Virus record (IMG/VR): IMGVR_UViG_3300017598_000360
Span: 1-37,933 of that record
Source of the DNA: a virus
Length of the DNA stretch: 37,933 nt
Reading direction: 5' to 3' (one strand)
Shown here: one piece after another, positions 1 through 8,986 of the stretch
Layout of the letters: the number at the start of each line of letters is the position of its first letter
Position numbering within the stretch: position 1 is the first letter of the stretch
Notes under the pieces: model-generated
Seen by the model: only the letters and a program-made list of their open reading frames with translations
Databases searched by the model: none
Told to the model about the DNA's origin: nothing
Translations under genes and position numbers: made by a program

Positions 1-34
1 AAAATAGCTCAACGACTTTCTCAGTAGCTAACGA
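1..34. repeat. Left copy of the 34-nt terminal direct repeat, identical to 37900..37933; marks circular closure or assembly overlap
   Basis: aaaatagctcaacgactttctcagtagctaacga occurs at both window ends. A minus-strand ORF reads in frame across the junction. Confidence 0.9.
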
Positions 35-304
35 TACCGCTAACACCTCGCCATTCATCGGACCTAATCCAAAAGATTCAGCGATAAGCAGTAGCATAGT
101 AACCACAATATAGACCGTATATAGCGTAAGGATTCGATCTGATTGGTTTCTGCGCATTAGGCCGTTAGGATCTAAAGTTTTAAGCATTAGCGTTTTAGCC
201 TCTGCCTTTTCTAAATCAGTTTCTATCCACTCGGATGCAATGTTTTCAATTGATTTCACTGTGCCGCCGCTGAATAATGATCCTATCGCGCTAAAAAAAC
301 TCAT
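1..304 (-). CDS. Holin-like membrane protein: 5' part of a 127-aa ORF that wraps the junction and continues at 37899..37820
   Basis: ATG at 304..302 overlaps the M23 peptidase stop by 14 nt. Translation: MSFFSAIGSLFSGGTVKSIENIASEWIETDLEKAEAKTLMLKTLDPNGLMRRNQSDRILTLYTVYIVVTMLLLIAESFGLGPMNGEVLAVSLATEKVVELF... Hydrophobic segments are present. The N-terminal amphipathic region plus TM layout recalls 3-TM GTA-type holins (from memory). The ORF is cut by the window edge and so is absent from the ORF track. Confidence 0.6.
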   Translation of the reverse strand, partial: MSFFSAIGSLFSGGTVKSIENIASEWIETDLEKAEAKTLMLKTLDPNGLMRRNQSDRILTLYTVYIVVTMLLLIAESFGLGPMNGEVLAVSLATEKVVELF

Positions 305-758
305 AGCCAAGCCCCTCTAATACTTCGACCGGATCGCGATAAGCCTTTGATCGTCCTGGCCTCATCACTTCAAAATGAATGTGCTCGGAAATCCCTGGGT
401 ATATATCACTCAATCCCTGGGCATATCCGATAATATCACCTCTTTCCACAAGATCGCCAACACAGAAAAAAGCATCCACATAGAAATACCTGTACCTATC
501 ACCGCTATCAACAGTAACTTCAACATACCTAAGATGGCCCTTTTTAGGATCATCTGGGTCATATGGATAGCCAATTTTAGTGATCTCGCCATCTTCAAAA
601 GCAACTACCGCCTCGTTTTTATGACAGATTATGTCTATTCCTGTGTGCTTCCTTCCTTTTCTCGGCGCTCCGTAGTGACCATAACCATGACGGTCATGAC
701 CTCTGATTTTTATCAAGGTTCTGCGTCCCAGCTTCCCACGACGCTGATCACGTCCCAA
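291..758 (-). CDS. M23 (LytM-type) zinc metallopeptidase, probable endolysin
   Basis: HxxxD motif (HTGID) and HxH motif (EHIHFEV). Lies directly upstream of, and overlaps, the holin-like ORF. The track start at 758 is TTG. A second in-frame TTG at 716 forms a TTGA overlap with the tailspike stop, so the start is uncertain. Confidence 0.8.
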   Translation of the reverse strand: MGRDQRRGKLGRRTLIKIRGHDRHGYGHYGAPRKGRKHTGIDIICHKNEAVVAFEDGEITKIGYPYDPDDPKKGHLRYVEVTVDSGDRYRYFYVDAFFCVGDLVERGDIIGYAQGLSDIYPGISEHIHFEVMRPGRSKAYRDPVEVLEGLGYEFF

Positions 759-2794
759 GTGGTCGTTGACGTTCGCCTAATCGTTATCTTCTCACCAAGC
801 ACATCGCTTTCAAGATATTTCCCGGCACCTGTCCCGAATGGGTTTATAGTGCTCGCCCCATCTGGAATTATACGCATTCTACTGCCTGACTGCTTACATT
901 CAAATGTAATAGTAGGCGCTCCCACCGAGATTGAAGCGTCTAAGGTTACACGTTGAATAGAGTCGCTTTCGTTTTCATTCCCCACTGATGTATAGTAAGC
1001 GCTAGACGATATAGTAAAATCAGCGTCTTGCGCCGATGCGAACAAGCCGTAACTATCGTCAATTTGAATAGCCCCACGAATATCCAACGCGTTAATGGCG
1101 CTAATTCCACCGATTCCGACGGGATTGATAATATACGTTTTTTCTATTTCTTCGTCCGGTACTGCCGTCGTCAAATCGTTGGCGTAAAAAGCAGCGATTG
1201 TTTGTGGTGTACCGTCTGTTGTAATTAACGGATCAATGATTTTAATGTTACCGAGCCTTGTCGATCCGGTGTCGCCTGCTTCTCTGAATATAGAAAATGG
1301 CGAATGAGATTTTGGGGAAGTGCCTGCGCTTGTTGTGCTGTTGTGTGAGTGGGGACGGATTAATTCTAGCAACGGTCCATCGGAACCATAGTTTCTTATG
1401 TTAAATGATCCGTTTACTGAGTCATTTGAGCGGAAGTCCTTAACTGTGATTCTACCGTTGACAGTTCCCGCCGTACCGTCAAACGCTGCGACTGACAATC
1501 CGGTCTCACTGCCGTTATCTGTATGATTCTCAATTGTAATGTCAATAATTTTGTCGGTCACACCCGCTAGGTTTTTAATACCGACCGTAATACCCGCCCC
1601 TTCATTTGCCCCTGTAAAGGAATCGCGTATAACAACATTTTGCAAAAATTCACCGTTGTCGTTTGGCTCGATGTCTATTCCTGCCTCTGGGGAAGCCCCA
1701 TCCGTCAGTGTCCCACCGAATCTATCAGCAACAAAGTTTTTAACAGAATTAATAGTTAATCCTTGCCGTCTATTTGAAGGGGCGATACAGTCAATCAAGG
1801 CGCAATCTTCCGCCCATAATTGATCGCCTGTTCCGCCTGATGAGCCAAAATAAAAGCCATCGCCGCCAGTGCTGTCACTGGATAGCCCGAATATATGCAC
1901 GTTCTGTGATCCTACACAATAAACCCCATGGTTTTGCTCGCCCGTATAATTTCCAGCCCCTAAGCCTTGCAATGTAGCGCCGTAAGCGTTTATTTTTACA
2001 TCAGATACTCTAAATATTCTGAACAGTCTATCGGTTGTACCCTCTAGGGTTCCGTCATCTTCAATGATAACGCCCGGCATAATATCCCAATCTGTATTAG
2101 AGGGGATCACTATTTGCCCAATGTTTATCGTTCCGCCCTGGTTAGGAGTGATAAGCTTTTTCCCTGGCGCCAAGTCTAACATGGTTTGAAAAAATACGGT
2201 TTCACTCGTGCCGTCAGAAAGCAAGCCAGCCTGACTCATGTCCAAAACAGTATCAAACCGAAGAACTAGCGACAGCGTACCAACCCCAGTGCATTGCACG
2301 ATGTTGTAGGTATTTTCGGTCACTGTGGAGCTTAGAACCACATCCCACATAGCCCCACCACCGTTACCAGTTGTGCGCTCTGCTATGTTTAGAGCGTCAC
2401 CGTCTACCAATCCGGTATCAGTCACAGCCGCCGCAAGAGTGGCGAAGTTTTTAACGTTCTCGGCCCCTGTTGCAACGGTAGCAAATGGCTCTATAGCATC
2501 AATGTTGTAAATAGCATTAGCAAAGGTATTGGCGTCTGCGTCTGTGTCATTTGCATAAAGCACAAACTTATATTTCTGATCAATATGAGGGATAAAAACA
2601 GCGCTAGAGCCGTTTATCACTCTACCTTGAGCGTTTATCTCGGCTTTAGCTAATAACGTGCCGCCGGTAGAATCAGTGGCTATGCTGATAGGTGTCGTGG
2701 TTCCACTAGCATAAAGCTTTATGTAATAGCCTGAAGCGGCAACATTGTCTTGTAGATATTGGAGAGTGTCGCCTGATAATGGTGTGTAGCTCAC
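713..2794 (-). CDS. Tailspike / tail fibre with a right-handed beta-helix (pectate-lyase-like) domain, probable depolymerase
   Basis: 693 aa; last large gene of the virion module. Motifs ERTTGNGGGAMWDVV, SSDSTGGDGFYFGSSGG and SNRRQGLTINSVKNF are typical of parallel beta-helix repeats (from memory). GTG start at 2794 forms a GTGA overlap with the upstream stop; AAGGGG Shine-Dalgarno (SD) sequence upstream. Confidence 0.65.
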   Translation of the reverse strand: MSYTPLSGDTLQYLQDNVAASGYYIKLYASGTTTPISIATDSTGGTLLAKAEINAQGRVINGSSAVFIPHIDQKYKFVLYANDTDADANTFANAIYNIDAIEPFATVATGAENVKNFATLAAAVTDTGLVDGDALNIAERTTGNGGGAMWDVVLSSTVTENTYNIVQCTGVGTLSLVLRFDTVLDMSQAGLLSDGTSETVFFQTMLDLAPGKKLITPNQGGTINIGQIVIPSNTDWDIMPGVIIEDDGTLEGTTDRLFRIFRVSDVKINAYGATLQGLGAGNYTGEQNHGVYCVGSQNVHIFGLSSDSTGGDGFYFGSSGGTGDQLWAEDCALIDCIAPSNRRQGLTINSVKNFVADRFGGTLTDGASPEAGIDIEPNDNGEFLQNVVIRDSFTGANEGAGITVGIKNLAGVTDKIIDITIENHTDNGSETGLSVAAFDGTAGTVNGRITVKDFRSNDSVNGSFNIRNYGSDGPLLELIRPHSHNSTTSAGTSPKSHSPFSIFREAGDTGSTRLGNIKIIDPLITTDGTPQTIAAFYANDLTTAVPDEEIEKTYIINPVGIGGISAINALDIRGAIQIDDSYGLFASAQDADFTISSSAYYTSVGNENESDSIQRVTLDASISVGAPTITFECKQSGSRMRIIPDGASTINPFGTGAGKYLESDVLGEKITIRRTSTTTWDVISVVGSWDAEP

Positions 2795-4773
2795 TTTTTA
2801 GCCCCTTCTGTTTTGATTGCTTCTTTAGCGTTTTGGGCTGCCGCATTAAAAAACGGAAGCAATTTATTTAAAACTACCTGCTCTGCCTTGCTGCCTTTTG
2901 GCGCGCTGGCCATTCTAAGTAACAGGCTTCTCATTCCTGCACTCTCATAGGCTCTGGATATCCCAGCTAATGAGCCAGCTATCCCAAACGATATTCCCGC
3001 ATCAAACTGGGCACCCGCTATAGCTGCAACTGGGGCTGCAAGCTGTTGGCCTGTAGCTGTTGAAACTGGTGCTTCCTGCGCTCTTCTTGTTGCTTGCAAA
3101 ACCCTAGTTATCCCTTCAATTTGTTTTTTATCCGCGCCTTTGAAAAATACATTGACAGCCTTTTGTCTTGCTGGCTTCAATAATGCTGTAGCGAATCTAT
3201 CAGGATTGGCACCAGCACCCCAGTACCCGCTTTCTGTTAGTGCATCCCTAATTATCGACAGTTGCGCAGCCTTTTTGCCATCATCCCCAATAACAGAGTT
3301 AAGCCTTTTTAATTCGCTTGGCTTGCCCCCTTTTAATATAGTGGCTATTGTTTCTGGTGTGCCCTCGCCTTTCTGGAGAAGTCTTTTTATTTCTGTGTTT
3401 TTGGCTTTTTTATACCCATCTGCAAATATTCGATTGCTTCTTACCCAATTGGCGGCGGCTTTCCTGTCGTGCAATTTTCCAAATGATAAGAGATCTTTAT
3501 CAATTGCAGACTTAACGGCCTGTAGTGGTGCGCTTGCCTTTGTTGGTAGCGTCTCCCCCTTGTATGCGGCCGTAATATCGTCAATTAAGTTTGATCTAAG
3601 GTCTTTTACTAGCCCAAAATCTGCACCTTGAATAGACTCTCTAAGGCTTCCTAGCCTCTCAATAATTTCTGGGCTTGCATCGGCTCTTAATCGTTCTTGT
3701 GCCGCTATCTGGTCATCAATTGATTTTAGCGCTTTTGATACATCAACATCACCAAACTGGTTGAGCTTTTCTACAGCTTCATTTCTTATGATTGACGCCT
3801 TGTTTAGCTGCTGAGCAACGCCACTCTTTAAACTTTTAAAGATATCCTTTTCTATAGGGGTATCGATTGAAAGCCCCATTTCTTGTGCAAGACCCTCTAC
3901 TACTTCAATCCTGGCCTTTTGCTGTGCCGCTCTTTTGCCGCCAGTGCCTAAAACACCAAGCTTTTCACCTAATTGTTGAACTGTTCTTTTGACAAACGTA
4001 TCAGGTGGCAACACATCAGTTGTTAGTATATCAACGCCCTTTTCTTTGCCTTTCTTTATAAGCTCCTTTATTGGCTCCGATACTTTGCCACCAACTGCCC
4101 TGGCTAATGGAGATAGAACCTTTGAAGCAACGACTTGACCAACTGGAGCCGCAGCAGAAGCGAGAGCAATATCACCCGGATTAACCTCACCACCTCCTAA
4201 TGACTGCACCCACTCTATGCCTGCCTGAGTCGCACCAGAAGCGGCAGCAAGCATTCCCAGCCCTTTTGCGCCACCTGTGGCAAGCCCGGCCATTCCAGAC
4301 GGGAAAAAGGCAGCCGTAAGGCCCAGCCCCTGTATAACGTCCAACCTTGACAATCCTGGCTTATTTAACTCTACTATTGCGCCCGTCTTGTTGTTTACTG
4401 CAATCAACCTACCTTGCGGTGTCTCCACACTGGGAGGTGTCATAGATACACCAACATTGGGAAAATTAGACGTTAAAACTTGCGCCAACTCTTGAGGGTT
4501 GGTTGTCGTCAATAAAACTGGAGCAATAGCGGCAGCCTTTAGCCTATCTTCGCCACTCAACAAGCCACCCTCACCCAGTTCAGGGAGTTCGGATAACTGT
4601 TGCGTTAATCTAGGGTCTTCTTTGGCAATCTGCGTAGTCGGCGACACCGGATCAGGCCTTGATTCAGCTTGGCCTGCCTTAATCCCTGACAGCTCGTCAA
4701 GCAAATCACCACCGGCAGGGGCCGCATTAATGGTTGATTGATTGGATTCCAACTCGTCGAGCAAATCGCCCAT
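2791..4773 (-). CDS. Large internal virion / DNA-ejection protein candidate (position of P22 gp16)
   Basis: 660 aa, Ala/Gly/Lys-rich. ATG start overlaps the upstream stop by 1 nt (TAATG). Third of three consecutive low-complexity proteins ahead of the tailspike. N-terminus carries a duplicated GDLLDEL motif. Confidence 0.45.
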   Translation of the reverse strand: MGDLLDELESNQSTINAAPAGGDLLDELSGIKAGQAESRPDPVSPTTQIAKEDPRLTQQLSELPELGEGGLLSGEDRLKAAAIAPVLLTTTNPQELAQVLTSNFPNVGVSMTPPSVETPQGRLIAVNNKTGAIVELNKPGLSRLDVIQGLGLTAAFFPSGMAGLATGGAKGLGMLAAASGATQAGIEWVQSLGGGEVNPGDIALASAAAPVGQVVASKVLSPLARAVGGKVSEPIKELIKKGKEKGVDILTTDVLPPDTFVKRTVQQLGEKLGVLGTGGKRAAQQKARIEVVEGLAQEMGLSIDTPIEKDIFKSLKSGVAQQLNKASIIRNEAVEKLNQFGDVDVSKALKSIDDQIAAQERLRADASPEIIERLGSLRESIQGADFGLVKDLRSNLIDDITAAYKGETLPTKASAPLQAVKSAIDKDLLSFGKLHDRKAAANWVRSNRIFADGYKKAKNTEIKRLLQKGEGTPETIATILKGGKPSELKRLNSVIGDDGKKAAQLSIIRDALTESGYWGAGANPDRFATALLKPARQKAVNVFFKGADKKQIEGITRVLQATRRAQEAPVSTATGQQLAAPVAAIAGAQFDAGISFGIAGSLAGISRAYESAGMRSLLLRMASAPKGSKAEQVVLNKLLPFFNAAAQNAKEAIKTEGAKK

Positions 4774-5870
4774 TATTCGATCCCCAGCTTTTGTTTCACC
4801 TCTTCAGGAGTAATGCTCTTGTTCTGTGCTGTTTCGTATATTTCAGCCATGCTTACAACCCTATCTATTGCAGGTGCCCTAAGCTCTTGACGCCAAGCCT
4901 TGTTTAGCCCCCTGGTATTAGTGTTATCACTAATAAAATCAGCTTTAAACTGGCTATATGCTGCGTCTAGCCTAGAAAGACGGGCCGCCCCACGCAAAAA
5001 TGATACAACCTGGGCCGCCGGGGCGTTCTCTGGAGGAACACCTTTGAAAGCCTCTATAACATCACGATCAGTTGCCGGACCTGGCGGCAAGTTTTTAAGC
5101 CCCTCACTAAGACGAACCTTGTTGAAACGTCTTCTGAATTCGGTAACATCATCTTGAGTACCCAAAAGCTTTTTAAAAGTCTCTGTTGTTGATGAAGCAA
5201 GACCTCCACCGATATCAAGTTGCTCATACTGGTCAGCCAAAATATTGAATTCATTAGATGCCCTTTGAGAGCTAACAACATTGTCTTGAGCGTCAAGTAG
5301 AGCTTTTTCAGATATAGCGGTAAACTTTCTGTTTTGCCGCTCTTCTGTTCGCGTTTTTAGCGCTAATTCCTTCTCTCTTATGTCAAGGCTGCGAGTTTTA
5401 TCTGGGCTGACTCCGCCACCAGGCTCAAGAAGCCTAGCACTAACAGCCATCTCAATGGCAGTATCGCCTAGAGTCTTGATCCGTTGTATTTGGGTTGCGT
5501 CATCCGATTCAAGAGCGGCAATAGCTTCGTCAGTATCGACAGTTGACTTACCTTCTCGCACCAGTCTGGCGCGTCTCTTGCCTAATACCTGTACAGCCCC
5601 TTGGAAATCACCGGAGTCCACTAAACCCTTAACTTCTTGATAGCCCTGAGCCACTGAAGTTATCACCCTGGCTTTCTCTGCCTGTGCTGCCTTTGCCTGA
5701 TTAGCTGCTAGAACTTGCTGGTTCTGTTGTGCTTTTTGTCGTAGCAGCTCATTCTGTAACGGCATTTGCTGTATTTGTTGGCCGAGCTGTAACCCTGACT
5801 GAATATCACCTAATGGGTCTGACTGTTGAGCCATCAAGGGTATGTTTGGATTTATCTGAAAGTCTGCCAT
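4773..5870 (-). CDS. Internal virion / ejection protein candidate (position of P22 gp20)
   Basis: 365 aa with a Gln-rich N-terminus. TAATG coupling at both ends. Confidence 0.4.
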   Translation of the reverse strand: MADFQINPNIPLMAQQSDPLGDIQSGLQLGQQIQQMPLQNELLRQKAQQNQQVLAANQAKAAQAEKARVITSVAQGYQEVKGLVDSGDFQGAVQVLGKRRARLVREGKSTVDTDEAIAALESDDATQIQRIKTLGDTAIEMAVSARLLEPGGGVSPDKTRSLDIREKELALKTRTEERQNRKFTAISEKALLDAQDNVVSSQRASNEFNILADQYEQLDIGGGLASSTTETFKKLLGTQDDVTEFRRRFNKVRLSEGLKNLPPGPATDRDVIEAFKGVPPENAPAAQVVSFLRGAARLSRLDAAYSQFKADFISDNTNTRGLNKAWRQELRAPAIDRVVSMAEIYETAQNKSITPEEVKQKLGIE

Positions 5871-6697
5871 TAGTAAAAAGCCCCTTGCGCGAAACTGTTA
5901 CCGGCGTTAGCCATAGCAGTTGGGTTGATAACGGCTGTACTAGCGCCACCCCCACCACCAAAGAATGACCCTAGACCGCTAAGCCCGAGACTTGAGCCAC
6001 CTGTAAACGGAGCCGCGATTAGACCGCCTAGCTGCATTAAATTACCAAGCCCACCGGCCTGGGCTTGCTGTTGGCCGATAACTCCAGCCGCTTGAGCGTT
6101 GGCAACGTTGCCCATAATACCGCCGATATTGCCAGCCGTTTGGAGTCCTGAGACTCCAGTCTGTGTCGCCGCATTTTGGCCAATGGTCGAAGCGTTAAAT
6201 TGGTTTTGAATTTGGCCTTGGATATTGCCGATGTTTTGCTGGGCGAATTGGTTGCCGAGTAACAAGAGGTTTCTTTGCAAATCGTCGCCAGTTTCACCTG
6301 AGCCAAATTTGCCCCTAGCTGCCTGAGATGCCATAAGGCGTTGCTCTTGCTGTCCTGCCAAGGCTTGGAAAAATGGGTTATTTAATACCGCTCCGCTAGG
6401 GTCATCAATAGCGCCTTGCAAGCGCTCGAATGAGCCTGGTAACTGTTCAATGCCTTGCTCAATGCCGAACTGCTCAAAAGGCTGTTGGCGTGCTGCCGCT
6501 TCCAGTTGTGCAAGCCTGAGATTTGCCGTTGCATCACGACCAGCCGCCGCCTGAAGTGCTGCCGCCTCCTCTGCCGCCTCTGCCGCTGGCGCTCCGGTAA
6601 CGTAATCAGACACGCTGCTTGCAGTGTTACTAACTACGTCAAATGGGTCAAATAATGCCCCTCCAACACTCGATGCAACATCACTAACAAAACCCAT
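5870..6697 (-). CDS. Gly/Gln/Ala-rich internal virion / ejection protein candidate (position of P22 gp7)
   Basis: 275 aa of low complexity (GNIQGQIQNQ, GGLGNLMQLGG, FFGGGGGAS), typical of podovirus DNA-transfer proteins (from memory). Confidence 0.45.
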   Translation of the reverse strand: MGFVSDVASSVGGALFDPFDVVSNTASSVSDYVTGAPAAEAAEEAAALQAAAGRDATANLRLAQLEAAARQQPFEQFGIEQGIEQLPGSFERLQGAIDDPSGAVLNNPFFQALAGQQEQRLMASQAARGKFGSGETGDDLQRNLLLLGNQFAQQNIGNIQGQIQNQFNASTIGQNAATQTGVSGLQTAGNIGGIMGNVANAQAAGVIGQQQAQAGGLGNLMQLGGLIAAPFTGGSSLGLSGLGSFFGGGGGASTAVINPTAMANAGNSFAQGAFY

Positions 6698-6700
6698 TAT

Positions 6701-7144
6701 TCACCTCTTTATCATCATTAGCCATTTATCGTATAAAAGGCCGTTTTTGACATAACTGTTATCTATTACGCTCTCTTCACTAAAACCCATCAGTTCCGAG
6801 AATGCTTTAACATTGGGGTAAATTTCCGGTATCAGTGCTCGAAGCTTGTTGATTTCGGTATTATTCCAAACCCACTCTAATACTTTGGTGCCAAACTCGT
6901 TGGCGTGTTCTTGTCTATATTCTGGCTTTACTTGTACGTGACAAAACCAATTGTTACCACGTTTATGCACTACAAATAAGCCTATAACTTGACCTTCATT
7001 GTACCCCAAAAGGTATATATGATCATCTTTGGGTACTTCAAACGCTTCTTTGTCGTCAAAGTCGCCGCTAATTGTTTCCCATATCCCAGGATATGTTAGA
7101 ACATCCTTGACCGCTTTTAGGTCGTCGGTTTGTTCTATTATCAA
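6701..7144 (-). CDS. GNAT-fold N-acetyltransferase-like protein inside the virion module
   Basis: 147 aa. The stretch GQVIGLFVVH..WFCHVQVKPEYRQEHANEFGTKVLEWVWNNTEINKLRALIPEIYPNVKAFSELMGFSEESV resembles the GNAT core, though the acetyl-CoA motif is not canonical. TTG start forms a TTGA overlap with the upstream stop, and there is no in-frame ATG near the N-terminus. Confidence 0.5.
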   Translation of the reverse strand: MIIEQTDDLKAVKDVLTYPGIWETISGDFDDKEAFEVPKDDHIYLLGYNEGQVIGLFVVHKRGNNWFCHVQVKPEYRQEHANEFGTKVLEWVWNNTEINKLRALIPEIYPNVKAFSELMGFSEESVIDNSYVKNGLLYDKWLMMIKR

Positions 7145-7479
7145 ACCGTTCTAATCATCAGTGATAAGTGCATATTAAGAGCGGTTGCTGTACTGCACGA
7201 CGTTCGTATATCCGTACCAGCACTAAGCCTCTTCCCCAGCAATTCAGGGAGTAAGTCTGTTTGCCCGGCAAGAATAGTTTTCCCATCAATCACAAGGTTA
7301 GTAGCTCCACCCGCCGCTGTAGGGTTTGGGATATAAACACTGAACGTCACCGCTGAGGCGCTTTCATTGCATATAGTGCCCTGAGTTATCTCGGCATTGG
7401 TTCCGTCCTCGACAACTTTTTGTGATGTGTCGGCTATAGCCATTTGCTCTACTCTTACTTCTTCGTATGAAATTGCCAT
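7141..7479 (-). CDS. Small virion-module protein (112 aa), function unknown
   Basis: ATG start. Tightly packed between structural genes, beta-rich composition. Confidence 0.6.
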   Translation of the reverse strand: MAISYEEVRVEQMAIADTSQKVVEDGTNAEITQGTICNESASAVTFSVYIPNPTAAGGATNLVIDGKTILAGQTDLLPELLGKRLSAGTDIRTSCSTATALNMHLSLMIRTV

Positions 7480-7482
7480 TTT

Positions 7483-7779
7483 CTACCTCGCCAATATATG
7501 CACAGTTATTGTACTTGTTGCGCCTTCAGCCTCGCAAACGCAGGCCCTAACATCTGTTGCTACTATTTCAACCGTGATTGAATTAGCCGTGCCATTAACG
7601 CTATCGCTAACTGCTATCCATGTTGTCCCGCCATCGGGCGAAAACTCAAGGGTTACCCTGTGGTTGCTATGCGAGCCAGTCAAAGGCTCAACATACAGAG
7701 TGACTACAGTTTCAGTCGTAAGCGCCAGTGATGCTGTGGTATCACCAAGAGAGTTTGTATTTAATGTTCCTGTGCTCAT
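7483..7779 (-). CDS. Small virion-module protein (98 aa), function unknown
   Basis: ATG at 7779. The upstream stop abuts it at 7780..7782. Confidence 0.6.
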   Translation of the reverse strand: MSTGTLNTNSLGDTTASLALTTETVVTLYVEPLTGSHSNHRVTLEFSPDGGTTWIAVSDSVNGTANSITVEIVATDVRACVCEAEGATSTITVHILAR

Positions 7780-8124
7780 TTACCACTCCGTTACGTGAAC
7801 AACCATTGTTCCACTATCTGTTATCGCTGAAACCTCACCCGTGTAAAGATTATCTACAGGCATCGCCCAGCTAGGTCTAAATAGGGCATCATTTCCCCCT
7901 GTGCGCCTAGTCAATACTTCGCCCCTGAAAACGTTATCGGTTGCTGCTGAGTAACACCTGATTGCAACATCTTCGTCAGTAGAACCCCTATCAAGACACA
8001 CAGTGAAATACATTCTTTCACTATTCGCCAGCGAAATCACGGTAGCCGTCACGCTATTCAGAGTGTAGGTTGTCACTGTAGCCACGTCATTAGAGTTTGC
8101 GTTCCGCCCTATTATTTGTACCAT
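7780..8124 (-). CDS. Small virion-module protein (114 aa), function unknown
   Basis: The track ORF 7780..8322 was trimmed to ATG 8124..8122 (MVQIIGRNANS...), one nt after the upstream TAA at 8128..8126. The longer version would overlap the preceding gene by about 200 nt. Confidence 0.6.
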   Translation of the reverse strand: MVQIIGRNANSNDVATVTTYTLNSVTATVISLANSERMYFTVCLDRGSTDEDVAIRCYSAATDNVFRGEVLTRRTGGNDALFRPSWAMPVDNLYTGEVSAITDSGTMVVHVTEW

Positions 8125-8125
8125 T

Positions 8126-8986
8126 TTAGTTATCCACCAACATATATTGGAATTGGAATTGGAAGCTTGACCCAGGATTTCCAGCAATAACCCTAAATTC
8201 AAGCTCAGTCTTTTGAGCAAGAGAAAGTCTAGTGTCAAATGCAAGCGTAGCAAACTCTTGATACAGAGGTGAAGGACTTCGGTTGATCCAAGAACCACCA
8301 AAAAGCTTAACTCTACCACCAAAGGTAATATCCGCGTTCTTCTCTACAAAAGTACTTAGAGACAAAGAGTAAAGCGTTTTTCCAGCTGGCACCGTGAGAA
8401 AACCGTTGTGCGTAATATTGTGGCTAGCAAACTCGGTGCCCGAATCAAGACCAGTGAGCGCAATTTGTGATTTGATTTTAGTAGCAGTGTCAGGGACACC
8501 AGCAGTTAATGTGTCTGACTCTGCAATATAAAGGTCACCAACTGGCGAAGTGCTCCCGGCAACAACGGCAACAAATACCCTGAACATTAGCCCACTTAGG
8601 GCCACTTGAGTCTGGCCGTTCACTGTTACCGTTCGCGTAACCTCTAAATAGTCCTCATCTAACCCCGTAACAACAACAAAAACCGCAGTGTCAGACGCGC
8701 TTGTGGACGAGATATACAACTGAGTGTCAGCAGTCAAATAGGTATAAGTATCGCCTAAATCCCAGATAGTTTCAGTTTCTGTAGTTCCGACATCTGGGTT
8801 TAGTGCAATCATCGTGCCCATCTTGTGTCCTGGCACATTACCTTTCGCCACCTCCAGCAGAAAATCTTTATTCATATCATCAATCTCTTTTCGAAGCGCC
8901 CCAACATAAGGTAGATGCCCAGTATCACTCTCCAGCTCCTCAATCCTTTGTAGTAAGGCCGCGTATTGCGCATTTGACACGCTCAT
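8126..8986 (-). CDS. Structural protein (286 aa): N-terminal coiled coil plus beta-rich C-terminal domain; tail needle/plug or fibre candidate
   Basis: ATGA coupling with the upstream gene. The N-terminus SNAQYAALLQRIEELESD looks coiled-coil. Lies downstream of the gp10-like hub, where P22 carries gp26. Confidence 0.55.
   Translation of the reverse strand: MSVSNAQYAALLQRIEELESDTGHLPYVGALRKEIDDMNKDFLLEVAKGNVPGHKMGTMIALNPDVGTTETETIWDLGDTYTYLTADTQLYISSTSASDTAVFVVVTGLDEDYLEVTRTVTVNGQTQVALSGLMFRVFVAVVAGSTSPVGDLYIAESDTLTAGVPDTATKIKSQIALTGLDSGTEFASHNITHNGFLTVPAGKTLYSLSLSTFVEKNADITFGGRVKLFGGSWINRSPSPLYQEFATLAFDTRLSLAQKTELEFRVIAGNPGSSFQFQFQYMLVDN

Noticed and set aside
375-956. 193-aa plus-strand ORF. 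Similar long plus-strand ORFs inside the late operon include 3140..3631, 7397..7798, 9038..9346, 15238..15606 and 21474..21779.
   Set aside because: They are antisense shadows of well-supported minus-strand genes. They lack SD sequences, have low-complexity Ser/Leu-rich translations, and would require extensive overlapping coding.
1396-1406. Perfect XerD-arm 11-mer of dif (TTATGTTAAAT). Also GCGCATAA (XerC-arm core) on the minus strand at 35405..35412.
   Set aside because: Neither has a matching partner arm at the correct 6-7 bp spacing. Both lie inside coding sequence. Single half-sites are expected by chance or near-chance in 76 kb of two-strand sequence.
7780-8322. The 180-aa version of the ORF that overlaps the 286-aa gene.
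   Set aside because: The N-terminal 66 codons are a Leu-rich out-of-frame read of the upstream gene. ATG 8124 lies directly after the upstream stop.
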